Source: an uncultured virus (IMG/VR IMGVR_UViG_3300005142_000031) (taxonomy: Duplodnaviria > Heunggongvirae > Uroviricota > Caudoviricetes). From it: 64,000 bases of DNA. Positions 55,082 through 63,739 of the stretch are shown here, piece by piece. Every line of letters starts with the position of its first letter. The first letter of the stretch is position 1. The notes beneath the pieces are model-generated. The model was not told the origin of the DNA. It made no database searches and was given only the letters and a program-made list of their open reading frames with translations. Location: the IMG/VR virus record IMGVR_UViG_3300005142_000031, one strand, 5' to 3'. The position numbers and the translations under genes are program-made.

Positions 55082-57031
55082 CTAAGACGCCAGGCGCTCC
55101 CGGCGCAGGCGCTCGGTGTAGCTCTGCGGGTCGTCCGGCGCCTCCCGGGCCGGGGTCTCGGTAGCATCGCTGCGGCGCAGGTAGTGTGGGATCTCGCTGA
55201 TCGGCACGCCGTGGCCGACCCAGACATCGGTGGCCAGGGTCAGCCCGGAGATCACCCCCGCCACGGCGTCGGAGCAGTCCTTCGAGTAATTCACCGGGTG
55301 GTCGATCTTGCCGGTCTTGGGGTCGATCTCTAGCCGGACGAACTCGGTCTGAGCCTTGTCGTGCTCGGGCGCCTCGACCCGGCCGTCATAGAACGCCAGC
55401 TTGGCGATCTCGTAGTAGCGGTTCGACTCGTCGAGCGAGCGCAGCCCGGTCAGGAACCCCTTCTGGTTCAGCAGCTGCAGGGTGTCGGCGGACTGGTACT
55501 GGTCGGCCGAGGCCCAGCGCAGCGGCAGCCCGACCTCGCGCAGCTTGTAGAGCAGCGCCCGGATCTTGTCGTAGATGATCTCCGAGTTCTTCGGCGGTCG
55601 GACCTCGAGGATGGCGTCGAACCGGATCACCGGCAGCCACTCGTAGTGCCCCTCGGCCCGGGCGACCTTCTGGAACCGCGGCACATGGCCGATTGCCACA
55701 CCGGTGGCGTCGCCGGTCTTCGACAGGTCGAGATGCACCCAGCGCGGCTCGTTCAGATTGACGAACCGCTTGGGGTAGATCAGCACCTGCGAGCTGGCGA
55801 AATCGGTGTCGGGCCGCGACAGCACCGAGGGTACCTTGCCGAAGCAGGCCGCCACCTTGTCCGGCTGCATCACGAACGGATAGAGCGCCAGGGTCGACAC
55901 GCCGGCAATGTCGCGCAGCGAGGACAGCATGTCGCGCTCGAACTCGGTTCGATACTCCTCCGGCACCGCCATCACCAGGCGCTGGTCCTCTTCCGGGATC
56001 GTGGTCTCCTCGCCCGACTCCAGGATGCGCGGCCGGCGCGACACGTCGCCGACGAAAATGTGGAACCATTCGCCGGAGAAGGCGTCCGGCTTGACGTCCC
56101 AGACCCTCTTGTCGAAGACGAAGATCGAGGGGTCGTTCTTGGCCTCGTCGATCTTGATGTCGGTGAACTCGCCCGGGTAGCGCTTCGACGAGACCAGACA
56201 GAGCATGCCCGGCAGCTTGCCGCCCTGCATGAAGCGCGATTTCCGGCGCCGGACGATGGTGTTGTACATCTCGTTGGCCTGGTCGAACACGCCGCCGTCG
56301 ATCGCGTTCTTCGACTTCTCGACCACGGCCATGAAGTTGACCTCGTCGATGATGCCGCCGAACACGTTCTGGCCGATCGCCGCCGACACGTCGCCCGACA
56401 ACGGCCGGACGATGATCCGCTTGGGGAACAGAAGCTCGCTCTCGATGTCCGGTCTATACGGGAACTTCGTCGAGAAGTAGGGCGACTGGCGCACCGCCGA
56501 CTTGAACCGCTCGAACTCGACCGTCTTGGCCACCAGCTTGTTCAGCGACTGGAAGATGAACATGATCTCCGAGCTGGGATCGAGCCGGTAGGTGCGCTGC
56601 GGGCTGTGCAGACAGCTCAGCACGTAGAGCTGGTAAGCCGTCGTGTAGAGGGCCAGGGTCGTCTTGCCGGTGCCGATGCCGCCAGTGAGCACCGCCTCGA
56701 CATAGCGCCCGCCGTTCAGCTCAAACATGTCGTTGCGGATCGACGGATACAGCACCCCGGGCTGGTTCAGCATCTCGGTCGACTCGACGAAGGTCTGCGG
56801 GTCGACCGGCAGCCACCGGTAGTGCTTCTCCTCGCCCTTGAACTGCTTGAAATGGTTCAAGGCGCGCGACAGATAGGCGAGCCGCTCGCGCGAGTCCTCG
56901 TAGGTCTTCGAGAACCGCCAGACCACCTCGCCGGAGTAGCCCAGCCGGGCGCACAGCTTGAGCGCGGCCAGCAGGCGCTGCTCCAGGGTGAAGGCGTCAC
57001 TGATCGACGGTGAGGTCAGTGACTTCGCCAT
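55082..57031 (-). CDS. terL: Terminase large subunit
   Basis: Walker A GGIGTGKT, Walker B GGIIDE, LVSS; nuclease HLDLS..D, ADQYQS, IDHP..KDCSDA. Confidence 0.92.
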   Translation of the reverse strand: MAKSLTSPSISDAFTLEQRLLAALKLCARLGYSGEVVWRFSKTYEDSRERLAYLSRALNHFKQFKGEEKHYRWLPVDPQTFVESTEMLNQPGVLYPSIRNDMFELNGGRYVEAVLTGGIGTGKTTLALYTTAYQLYVLSCLHSPQRTYRLDPSSEIMFIFQSLNKLVAKTVEFERFKSAVRQSPYFSTKFPYRPDIESELLFPKRIIVRPLSGDVSAAIGQNVFGGIIDEVNFMAVVEKSKNAIDGGVFDQANEMYNTIVRRRKSRFMQGGKLPGMLCLVSSKRYPGEFTDIKIDEAKNDPSIFVFDKRVWDVKPDAFSGEWFHIFVGDVSRRPRILESGEETTIPEEDQRLVMAVPEEYRTEFERDMLSSLRDIAGVSTLALYPFVMQPDKVAACFGKVPSVLSRPDTDFASSQVLIYPKRFVNLNEPRWVHLDLSKTGDATGVAIGHVPRFQKVARAEGHYEWLPVIRFDAILEVRPPKNSEIIYDKIRALLYKLREVGLPLRWASADQYQSADTLQLLNQKGFLTGLRSLDESNRYYEIAKLAFYDGRVEAPEHDKAQTEFVRLEIDPKTGKIDHPVNYSKDCSDAVAGVISGLTLATDVWVGHGVPISEIPHYLRRSDATETPAREAPDDPQSYTERLRRERLAS

Positions 57032-57656
57032 CGATCACCTGCAGCAGGCCGTCGATCTCCTCGGTCCAGGAGAACTCCCGGACATTGCCGTCGGCATCCG
57101 TGACAGTACCGGTCATGTGCTTGGGCGCGCGCTTGATCGCTCCAGTCTCCAGCTGCAACTTGGCCAGGGTGCTGAGCATGTCGAACTGCAGGCGCATCTC
57201 GGACGAGACCTGCTGCATCAGCAGGGGCGATTCCTTCTCCCTCCTGTGCACCTTGTTCAGGCGCTCCTGCTGCATGTGGACCAGCGTCTCGATCTCGTCC
57301 ATGGCATGCAGCCGGGCTTGCCAGGCCGGATCGGTCTCGCCGCGCACCTCGCGCACCACCTGGCGGAACTGGGCCTCGACAGGGTCGACCTCGCTCTCCT
57401 CCGCCGTCTCCTGGTCCTGGGCGTGGCGGCTGTCGAGCGGCACGATCTGGGTCTCGGCCTTGAGGTCGTCGCGCAGGCGGTACAGCGCCTTCTGCAGCGC
57501 CATCGGCTTGAGGTCCTCGCACTCGCCGCGCTTGTGCAGCATGCGCTGGATCGACGGCACCGACAGGCCCCGCTCGAGATCGTTGCAGACCTCCTTGAAG
57601 CCCTCGACGCCGAGCCCCTGCAGCACACGGTACTTGGCTCGGTGCTTGATCGTCAT
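56997..57656 (-). CDS. Probable terminase small subunit
   Basis: N-terminal HTH-like plus helical body; overlaps the TerL start. Confidence 0.6.
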   Translation of the reverse strand: MTIKHRAKYRVLQGLGVEGFKEVCNDLERGLSVPSIQRMLHKRGECEDLKPMALQKALYRLRDDLKAETQIVPLDSRHAQDQETAEESEVDPVEAQFRQVVREVRGETDPAWQARLHAMDEIETLVHMQQERLNKVHRREKESPLLMQQVSSEMRLQFDMLSTLAKLQLETGAIKRAPKHMTGTVTDADGNVREFSWTEEIDGLLQVIDGEVTDLTVDQ

Positions 57657-57657
57657 G

Positions 57658-58512
57658 TCACAGGCTCTTCACCATCTCGATCTGATCCTTGGTCGGCACC
57701 ATCGACTCGGCCATCTCGATCTCGACCTGGGGCGTGGTCTCGACGATCCGGGCGACCACCTCGTCCAACTCGCCCTTTGCAATCAATTGCATGAGGCCGC
57801 CGACCACGTCGTCGACGGTGCGGCTCTTCTGCCGGCACAGCTGGCAGACCGAGAGCACGGCATCGAAGCTCTTCTTGTTCTCGAGCCGCAGCCACACCGA
57901 GTCCTTGCCGCCATAATCGAGCACCATGTAGCCGAACGGCAGGCTGTCGCCGTAGACCGAGAACATCCGGTTCAGCAGCTTGGCCAGATCGTCGATGGTG
58001 CGCAGCTCCTTGGCCGCCTCCTTGAACTCCTTCTGCATGTCCTTGGGCAGCTGCTTCGCGGCGGCATCGATCAGCGCCTTGAACTCCTTCTCCTCGGCGA
58101 AGCCGAACATTTCCTGGAGCAGGTCGTCGCCGTACTTGCCGGCCACCTGGTTGTAGATGTCGACGAAGGCCTGCGGGTCCAGCTTGCCCTTGATGACGTT
58201 CATCCGGACCATCTGGAAGGTCTCGGCCTCCTCGTCGAAGTCCGGATCGGTGATCACCACCACCGGCACTTCCTCGAAGCCGAGGTAGCGCGCCGCCTCA
58301 TAGCGGTGATGGCCGCCGACGATGCGATACTGGCCCTTCTGCTTGAGCGGCCGGACCAGGATCGGCTCGGTCAGTCCGGTCTGCTCCATGTTGTCGACCA
58401 GCAGGTCGAACGCCCGCCCCGACATCTTGTTCGGGTTCTTCGGGTTCGGCTGCAAGGCGTCGAGCGGCACCGTCTTGTACTCGTTCGACTTGGTCTTCTG
58501 GACCGCGGTCAT
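57658..58512 (-). CDS. ParB/Sulfiredoxin-like protein
   Basis: VPLDALQPNPKNPN, GLTEPILVR, YRIVGGHHRYEAA, VPVVV. Confidence 0.9.
   Translation of the reverse strand: MTAVQKTKSNEYKTVPLDALQPNPKNPNKMSGRAFDLLVDNMEQTGLTEPILVRPLKQKGQYRIVGGHHRYEAARYLGFEEVPVVVITDPDFDEEAETFQMVRMNVIKGKLDPQAFVDIYNQVAGKYGDDLLQEMFGFAEEKEFKALIDAAAKQLPKDMQKEFKEAAKELRTIDDLAKLLNRMFSVYGDSLPFGYMVLDYGGKDSVWLRLENKKSFDAVLSVCQLCRQKSRTVDDVVGGLMQLIAKGELDEVVARIVETTPQVEIEMAESMVPTKDQIEMVKSL
57778..57791. repeat. Dispersed palindrome (in the ParB-like gene)
   Basis: TGCAATCAATTGCA. Confidence 0.95.
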
Positions 58513-59072
58513 CCGTCACCTTCCTTGGTCATCAGCCAGTCATCGAGGTCGATCTCGTGCAGACCCTCCAACGGCAGGTTCACGCACTCGGTATGGCCGC
58601 AGCACGCCATGAGGATGTCGATCGACGCCGGCTCGGTGAACGCCCGGAGCCACACCAGCTGCGACACAGGTCCGCCATGGGTGGCGCAGAAGGGCAAACC
58701 CCAGAAGGCCACTTCCTCGGGCCAGTATGCCGGTCGCAGGGTCCTCATGGTGATCGTTCGGAGACTGGGCACCTGGAGCCAGGTCAAGTCGAGGTGCGCC
58801 TCCTCGACTTTGCTGTGTGGGACCTTCTTCTCGTAGCTCTTGCCGCAATAGCCACAGGTCCAGACCGCCTTCCACGCCTGATCAGCGATCCGGTATTCAA
58901 CCTCCAGGCTGTCGGCGAACCGACCACAGATGCCACAGGATGGCTTACTGTGGAACGGCCAGACTTCCTGCGTCTTGTAGCTCAGCGGCAGTGGTGCACC
59001 CGCGTAGGCGAACGCTTTTTCAGCCTTGGCGAAGACCTTGGTATCCGCCATCTCGTCGAACAGCGCGACCAT
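58509..59072 (-). CDS. Hypothetical Cys-rich (zinc-binding) protein
   Basis: CGIC..CGYC, then CATH..CCGH: two putative Zn ribbons. Confidence 0.7.
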   Translation of the reverse strand: MVALFDEMADTKVFAKAEKAFAYAGAPLPLSYKTQEVWPFHSKPSCGICGRFADSLEVEYRIADQAWKAVWTCGYCGKSYEKKVPHSKVEEAHLDLTWLQVPSLRTITMRTLRPAYWPEEVAFWGLPFCATHGGPVSQLVWLRAFTEPASIDILMACCGHTECVNLPLEGLHEIDLDDWLMTKEGDG

Positions 59073-59075
59073 GCC

Positions 59076-59483
59076 TCACCTTCCTTGGTTCCAGGCCGTG
59101 ATGTCTTCCCAGTACAGTTCGCCCGGCCGCTCGCGCTTGTGCCAGCGGTAGCCCTCGCAGCTCTTCGGGGTGCGCACGCCGGAGAAGCGGTTGTCGAGGA
59201 TCAGCACGCCGGCATCGGTATCGACCGACAGCACCGCGTGGTAGGTGCCGGTCTCGTCCCAGCACAGGGTGATCTTCAGGTCCTCGCGCGGATAGCCCAT
59301 CTTCATCAGCCGGTGCAGCTTGGCCAGGGCATAGTCCTCGCAGTCGCCCTCCTCGTCCGGGATCTCCCAGAGATCGAGCCGGCCGTACTTCTCCGGATCG
59401 GGGACGTACTTGATCTGCGCGTTGATCGTGCGCTGCACCAGGCTGATCCGCGCAGCGTTCTCGTGGGTCAGCTGGATGGGCAT
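59076..59483 (-). CDS. Transglutaminase-like cysteine peptidase (BTLCP/LapG-like) catalytic domain
   Basis: D.W..GDCEDYALAK, HAVL, ILDN give the Cys-His-Asp triad; own GGAGG SD. Confidence 0.9.
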   Translation of the reverse strand: MPIQLTHENAARISLVQRTINAQIKYVPDPEKYGRLDLWEIPDEEGDCEDYALAKLHRLMKMGYPREDLKITLCWDETGTYHAVLSVDTDAGVLILDNRFSGVRTPKSCEGYRWHKRERPGELYWEDITAWNQGR

Positions 59484-59665
59484 CCCGGGTCCTCCGGATA
59501 GCGGCGGCAGTAATCCAGCCAGCCCGGCGGCGGCGCAACCAGGCCATCCGGAGCCGGCGGCAGGACGGGACGGCGCGGATCGGGAGCGCAGGACGCCAGA
59601 AGCGCTGCCAGCACCGTGATCAGGGCCCACAGCACCAAGGCTCGGCCGAGACAGCTGCGGTTCAT
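59468..59665 (-). CDS. Small lipoprotein resembling the BTLCP N-terminal segment
   Basis: Signal peptide with lipobox LASC, then PPPGWLDYCRRYPEDPGC. Confidence 0.7.
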   Translation of the reverse strand: MNRSCLGRALVLWALITVLAALLASCAPDPRRPVLPPAPDGLVAPPPGWLDYCRRYPEDPGCPSS

Positions 59666-60195
59666 CCCTCAACCTCCAGCTCGGCGATCTGGGCATCGAG
59701 CTGCGCATACAGCCGCTCCAGCGACCCCGCGTTGTCGATGGTCAGGTCGTGCGAAATCCGCTCCAGCTCGGTCTCCGAGCGGTGCTTCTCGTGGGTCGAG
59801 CGTCGGCCGGTCAGCCGCCACAGCTCGCCGCCGAGCTCTCGGATGCCTTCCGCCTCGCTGAAGAACCGCACGTCGTCGATCACCACGTCGTAGTCGACGC
59901 CGATCAGCGAGCGCTGCAGCAGGTGCACCCAGAACCGCTCGCCGATCAGGTCGCGGCCCCATTCGGTGCCCAGGGTCTGCATGGCGTAGGCCGGGGTCTG
60001 CCCCAGCAGCAGATCGCAGGGCTCGGTCTTGAGGTCCCCATTGAGCTGGCGCTCGTCGAGGCCGAGCGCGCGCAACATCGCCTTCAACGGCGTGGCGAAG
60101 GAGCGGCGCTCGAAACCGTGATGTCCCTGCAGGTGCAGCGCGGCGGTGGTCTTGCCGCTGCCGCGGGGGCCGATCAGGCCGATGATCATCCTCAC
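59662..60195 (-). CDS. Deoxynucleoside monophosphate kinase
   Basis: IIGLIGPRGSGKT, SFATPLK, MQTLGTEWGR, VIDDVRF..E, HRSE. Confidence 0.92.
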   Translation of the reverse strand: MRMIIGLIGPRGSGKTTAALHLQGHHGFERRSFATPLKAMLRALGLDERQLNGDLKTEPCDLLLGQTPAYAMQTLGTEWGRDLIGERFWVHLLQRSLIGVDYDVVIDDVRFFSEAEGIRELGGELWRLTGRRSTHEKHRSETELERISHDLTIDNAGSLERLYAQLDAQIAELEVEG

Positions 60196-60228
60196 CCTCC
60201 TTGGTCTACCCGTCCTTGGGTGGCGAGA

Positions 60229-60257
60229 AGTCTACGGCCTGAATCCAGGCTGATCAA
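60229..60257 (-). promoter_or_regulatory. Putative sigma70-type promoter
   Basis: TTGATC-17 bp-TAGACT. Confidence 0.55.
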
Positions 60258-60297
60258 TGGCTTCCGCGCAACTCCGGTCTCGTGGACGCGACCAGGA

Positions 60298-61443
60298 TCA
60301 GTTGACGATCTTGCGCCGCGCGTAGTTCAGCGCGTCCAGGCTGTTGCGCATGGCCTCGACCATCGGCCACAGGCCCTCCCGAGTCGTGCCATCGAAGTAC
60401 AGCACGCAGGCCTCGCTCGATAGCTGGCGCAACAGTATCCCGCCCGCCCAGACCAGCCGCCGAGCCAGCAGGTCGCCCTCGGCTCGGAACAGCAGGTCGC
60501 CCAGAAAGTCGACCCGCTGCTTGCCGTTCTCGAACGGCAGGTGCTGGATCAGCTTGGCGACCGGGGTCTCCATCTTGGCGAAATACGCCAGCGCGCGCTT
60601 GCCCTCCTGGGTATGCCAGTCGAACGTGTAGCTGGGATACGGGCCGATCATCTCGACCTCTGGCATCGGGTCGTCGTGCGTCTGGGGCCGGGGCCGGGTC
60701 CCGTCGCCCCACACCTGCTGCCAGAGCAGGGCGAAGGGCATCGACATCTGGTCGCATCCGATCGCGTTGGCCTGGCGCACCGTGTACAGGACGTCGTCCG
60801 GCACGCCGAGCCCGCGCACTGCCTTGAACCAAGGGCCCACCCCGCCCTTGCGACTCGGAAACCCCGCCTTCGGATCTTCCGAGTCGCGCTGGCCACGCAG
60901 CAGGGTCAGCGCCATGATCCGCGTGGTCCGGGGCTGATGCTCGTCCAATGCAATCAATTGCAGTTCATGGTCGGACAGCTCGGCCATGTTCTGCCGGGCG
61001 GCATGCCAGTTCCGGTGCCAGTAGACCGCGACCGGCCCGTCGCAGGCGGTGCGGTCGCCCGGTGCCTCGCACAACCGCCTGACCAGGGCCATCAGCCCCG
61101 GCTTCTCGCCGTGCTGCTCGCGCACCGCCTTGGCGCTGCAGAACCGCACCAGAGCCATCATGCCATCGAGATCGGCGATACCGACATCCTCGAAGCCGAT
61201 AATGGTCAACCGGCGCCAGAGATAAGCCGGGTCGACCTGCCGCACGCCCTCCGCCATCTTCAGCGCGGTGTCGACATCGCCGCGGCGCACCGCTTTCTGC
61301 AGAGCCGAGATCATCCGCCACTTGCGCTGCGGGTCCGACACGCGGACCGCCGGGGTCTCCGGGGCCTCGACGACCCACTGGCTGAGCAGGTCGTCGGCCT
61401 TCTGTTTCTGGGGCTTGTATCCCTGCACGTCCCTACCATCCAT
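60298..61443 (-). CDS. RarA/MgsA C-terminal-like protein without AAA+ ATPase domain
   Basis: MISALQKAVRRGDVDTAL, YLWRRLTIIGFEDVGIAD, PSYTFDWHTQEG; no Walker A. Confidence 0.75.
   Translation of the reverse strand: MDGRDVQGYKPQKQKADDLLSQWVVEAPETPAVRVSDPQRKWRMISALQKAVRRGDVDTALKMAEGVRQVDPAYLWRRLTIIGFEDVGIADLDGMMALVRFCSAKAVREQHGEKPGLMALVRRLCEAPGDRTACDGPVAVYWHRNWHAARQNMAELSDHELQLIALDEHQPRTTRIMALTLLRGQRDSEDPKAGFPSRKGGVGPWFKAVRGLGVPDDVLYTVRQANAIGCDQMSMPFALLWQQVWGDGTRPRPQTHDDPMPEVEMIGPYPSYTFDWHTQEGKRALAYFAKMETPVAKLIQHLPFENGKQRVDFLGDLLFRAEGDLLARRLVWAGGILLRQLSSEACVLYFDGTTREGLWPMVEAMRNSLDALNYARRKIVN
60949..60962. repeat. Dispersed palindrome (in RarA-C-like gene)
   Basis: TGCAATCAATTGCA. Confidence 0.95.
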
Positions 61444-61464
61444 GGTTTCGGTTCCCGTTCATTC

Positions 61465-61492
61465 ATTCTACCAATTTAACCAGGCCAAGCAA
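61465..61492 (-). promoter_or_regulatory. Putative sigma70-type promoter
   Basis: TTGCTT-16 bp-TAGAAT. Confidence 0.55.
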
Positions 61493-62984
61493 GATGGCCC
61501 GTGGCCGCACCGGCGTCGCGCAGGCCATGCCGGTACTTCAGCTTGAGTCGATACTCGTTCCAGGCAGTGCCCATCGAGTAGCTCGTGCGGTGCCGCGAGC
61601 GCTGATAGACGGTGTACAGGTGGCGCAGCGTGCCGGCCTCGTGCAGGCCCTTCAGCGCGTCGGCGAACAGGAAGTCGGGCTTGCCCCGGGCCCAGTCCAG
61701 CACGCCCGCGACCACCTCGTTCTCGTCGGACTCGCCGGTCCCGGTCCGACCGATCCGCTCGGCCAGGCCCTGCTCGAACCGGTCGAGGAACTCGTCGAGC
61801 AGGAGCGGGAACCAGCGGTCGTTGCGCTCGGCCATCATCAGCGCGAACACGTCCTCGGACCACGCCCGGAACTTGGCATACATGCCCTCGTAGTCCTCGT
61901 AGAAGGCCTTGAGCACCGCATAGGCCTCGCTCTCGCCCGAGACCAGGAATGGGTAGTCCTTGCCGAAGGTCGCCTCGGACCAGGCCGCCCTGTTGAACAC
62001 CCCCGGCACCCCCAGCATCACCGGTTCGATCAGGCTGAGCGGGTAATCCTCGTCGTCGGACAGGGCCAGGATCAGGTCGGCCTCTTCGCGCATCACCCGC
62101 CAGAACTCCTCGCGTGGACAGCGCTTCACCTCCAGGTGCTCATGCTTCTCGTAGTCCTCGGTGACCCGGCTGTTCGAGGTCAGCAGGAACCGGATCGGCC
62201 GCCGGCCGCCCCAGTACACCCACTGCTTGAGGAACACCGACAGGGCGGGCTCCTTCGAGGTGCGCTCAGACTTGCGCCGCGACACCCGCTGGGTATAGGC
62301 CACCGCGAACGGCCGCTCATGGGCGGCGACCGCCTTGACCTGCTCGGCCGAACGGGTGTGCACCTGGTCGACCCGGATCGAGGACGCCGCCACCAGCCGA
62401 TCGGACAGCTCGCGCACCCTGCTGGGCGGAAACCAGCTGCGGGCCTCCTTCAGGATCAGCCTGGTCGAGGCGAACGAGAAGATCAGCGACAGGTCGGCGG
62501 CCATGTAGCCGGTCAGGGCGAGCAGATCGCCCGAGCGCGGGTCGGGCTGACACACCCTGTTCTTGAACGACATGATCGGGAACTCATCGTCGATCACGAT
62601 CGCCTTGGTCCAGGCCCGGTTCGACCGGGACATCCACATCCTGAGCGTCGGCACTTGGGTCGAGCGGGCGGTGAGCAGCACGTCGAAATCCCACAGCGGC
62701 CCGTTGTAGGCGACGGCGTTCTCGATGTCGGCGTTGACCCGGGCGTACTCCTTCATCCGGTCGGGGTCGACCGACACCGGCACGTAGCGCACCCGCGGGT
62801 CGCGGATCAGCCAGTCATGGTCGATCGTCCAGCTGCCGCCCGAGGTCTCCGGGTCGGGCAGCAGGTAGTACACGAACAGGTCGTCCCGCCGCTCCAGCAA
62901 GTAGCGGATCATGGTCTGCATCTTGAAGTGGCAGGAGCAGAGCTGCGGGTCATTGGTGCTGATCGGATCGACGAGCAGTCTCAT
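61476..62984 (-). CDS. GT-B fold glycosyltransferase-like protein
   Basis: YTQRV..K, PREEFW..ADLIL..S..EDYPLSLIEPVMLGVP (E-x7-E-like motif), F..DYPF. Confidence 0.75.
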   Translation of the reverse strand: MRLLVDPISTNDPQLCSCHFKMQTMIRYLLERRDDLFVYYLLPDPETSGGSWTIDHDWLIRDPRVRYVPVSVDPDRMKEYARVNADIENAVAYNGPLWDFDVLLTARSTQVPTLRMWMSRSNRAWTKAIVIDDEFPIMSFKNRVCQPDPRSGDLLALTGYMAADLSLIFSFASTRLILKEARSWFPPSRVRELSDRLVAASSIRVDQVHTRSAEQVKAVAAHERPFAVAYTQRVSRRKSERTSKEPALSVFLKQWVYWGGRRPIRFLLTSNSRVTEDYEKHEHLEVKRCPREEFWRVMREEADLILALSDDEDYPLSLIEPVMLGVPGVFNRAAWSEATFGKDYPFLVSGESEAYAVLKAFYEDYEGMYAKFRAWSEDVFALMMAERNDRWFPLLLDEFLDRFEQGLAERIGRTGTGESDENEVVAGVLDWARGKPDFLFADALKGLHEAGTLRHLYTVYQRSRHRTSYSMGTAWNEYRLKLKYRHGLRDAGAATGHLAWPG

Positions 62985-63739
62985 GCCCAGGCACTCATGT
63001 CGACGGCAGTGCGATTGGCCGTACCGGTGCCCAGGTCGGCGCCGATAGCCTGCCGGCACCAATCCGGACCGGCAACGAACAGCGGGTCGAGAGCGGACAG
63101 CCGCAGCGTCGGCTCGGGGCAGAGCCGCGGGGCGTCCGGGGCCGGCCAGTTCTGGCCCCAAAGCCGGATACCCTTCGGCGCGAACCGGCCTTTCTCGAAA
63201 TAGTTCTCGATCGACACCACTCCCTGGATGTAGTCCGTGCCGCCTGCCGCCTGGGTCAGTCGGGCCAGCCATTCAGTTGGCTCCTCGGGGCGCACCGGGA
63301 CCAACTGCTTGGACTTGCGGATCACCGGATAAAGCCCGAGCTCGATCGCCAGCCAGTCCATGGTCGTCTCGGCCAGCGACGCCAGCGTCCAGGGTCCCTT
63401 GTCGACCAGATGGTCGAGCAGACCGTCGAACGATGTCTTGACCTCGCGGTAGCCGTCGCACTTGCCGTAGACGTGCTGGCAGCGCTTCTGCAGCTTGTCG
63501 GCCCACTGGTCGAGCTCGGCCACCGCGATCTCGTCCATCGGCCGGCGGTTCTTGTCGCGGCAGGGCACCGGGATCTTGTGCACGCCGTCCTTCTGGCCGA
63601 GCTGAAACCAGCTGTGCTCGGCCGAGCGGCTGTGCTGGGCCTCCTCCATGATCACCACGACGTGGCAACGGGCGAAGCGCTCGTACATGTAGAGCGGCGG
63701 GAACATCAGAGGCTGGGTCGCGGTCACCCAGATCGGCAT
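62981..63739 (-). CDS. WbqC-like family protein
   Basis: QPLMFPPLYMYERFARCHVVVIMEEAQ, IPVP, VYGK, IRKS, WLARL..AGGTDYIQG, LSALDPLF..G follow the WbqC layout. Confidence 0.8.
   Translation of the reverse strand: MPIWVTATQPLMFPPLYMYERFARCHVVVIMEEAQHSRSAEHSWFQLGQKDGVHKIPVPCRDKNRRPMDEIAVAELDQWADKLQKRCQHVYGKCDGYREVKTSFDGLLDHLVDKGPWTLASLAETTMDWLAIELGLYPVIRKSKQLVPVRPEEPTEWLARLTQAAGGTDYIQGVVSIENYFEKGRFAPKGIRLWGQNWPAPDAPRLCPEPTLRLSALDPLFVAGPDWCRQAIGADLGTGTANRTAVDMSAWA

Noticed and set aside
3115..60962. Palindrome copies as a CRISPR array, REP element or canonical parS
   Set aside because: Copies are 13-14 bp, kilobases apart and mostly intragenic; there is no repeat-spacer structure and no match to the TGTTNCACGTGAAACA parS consensus.
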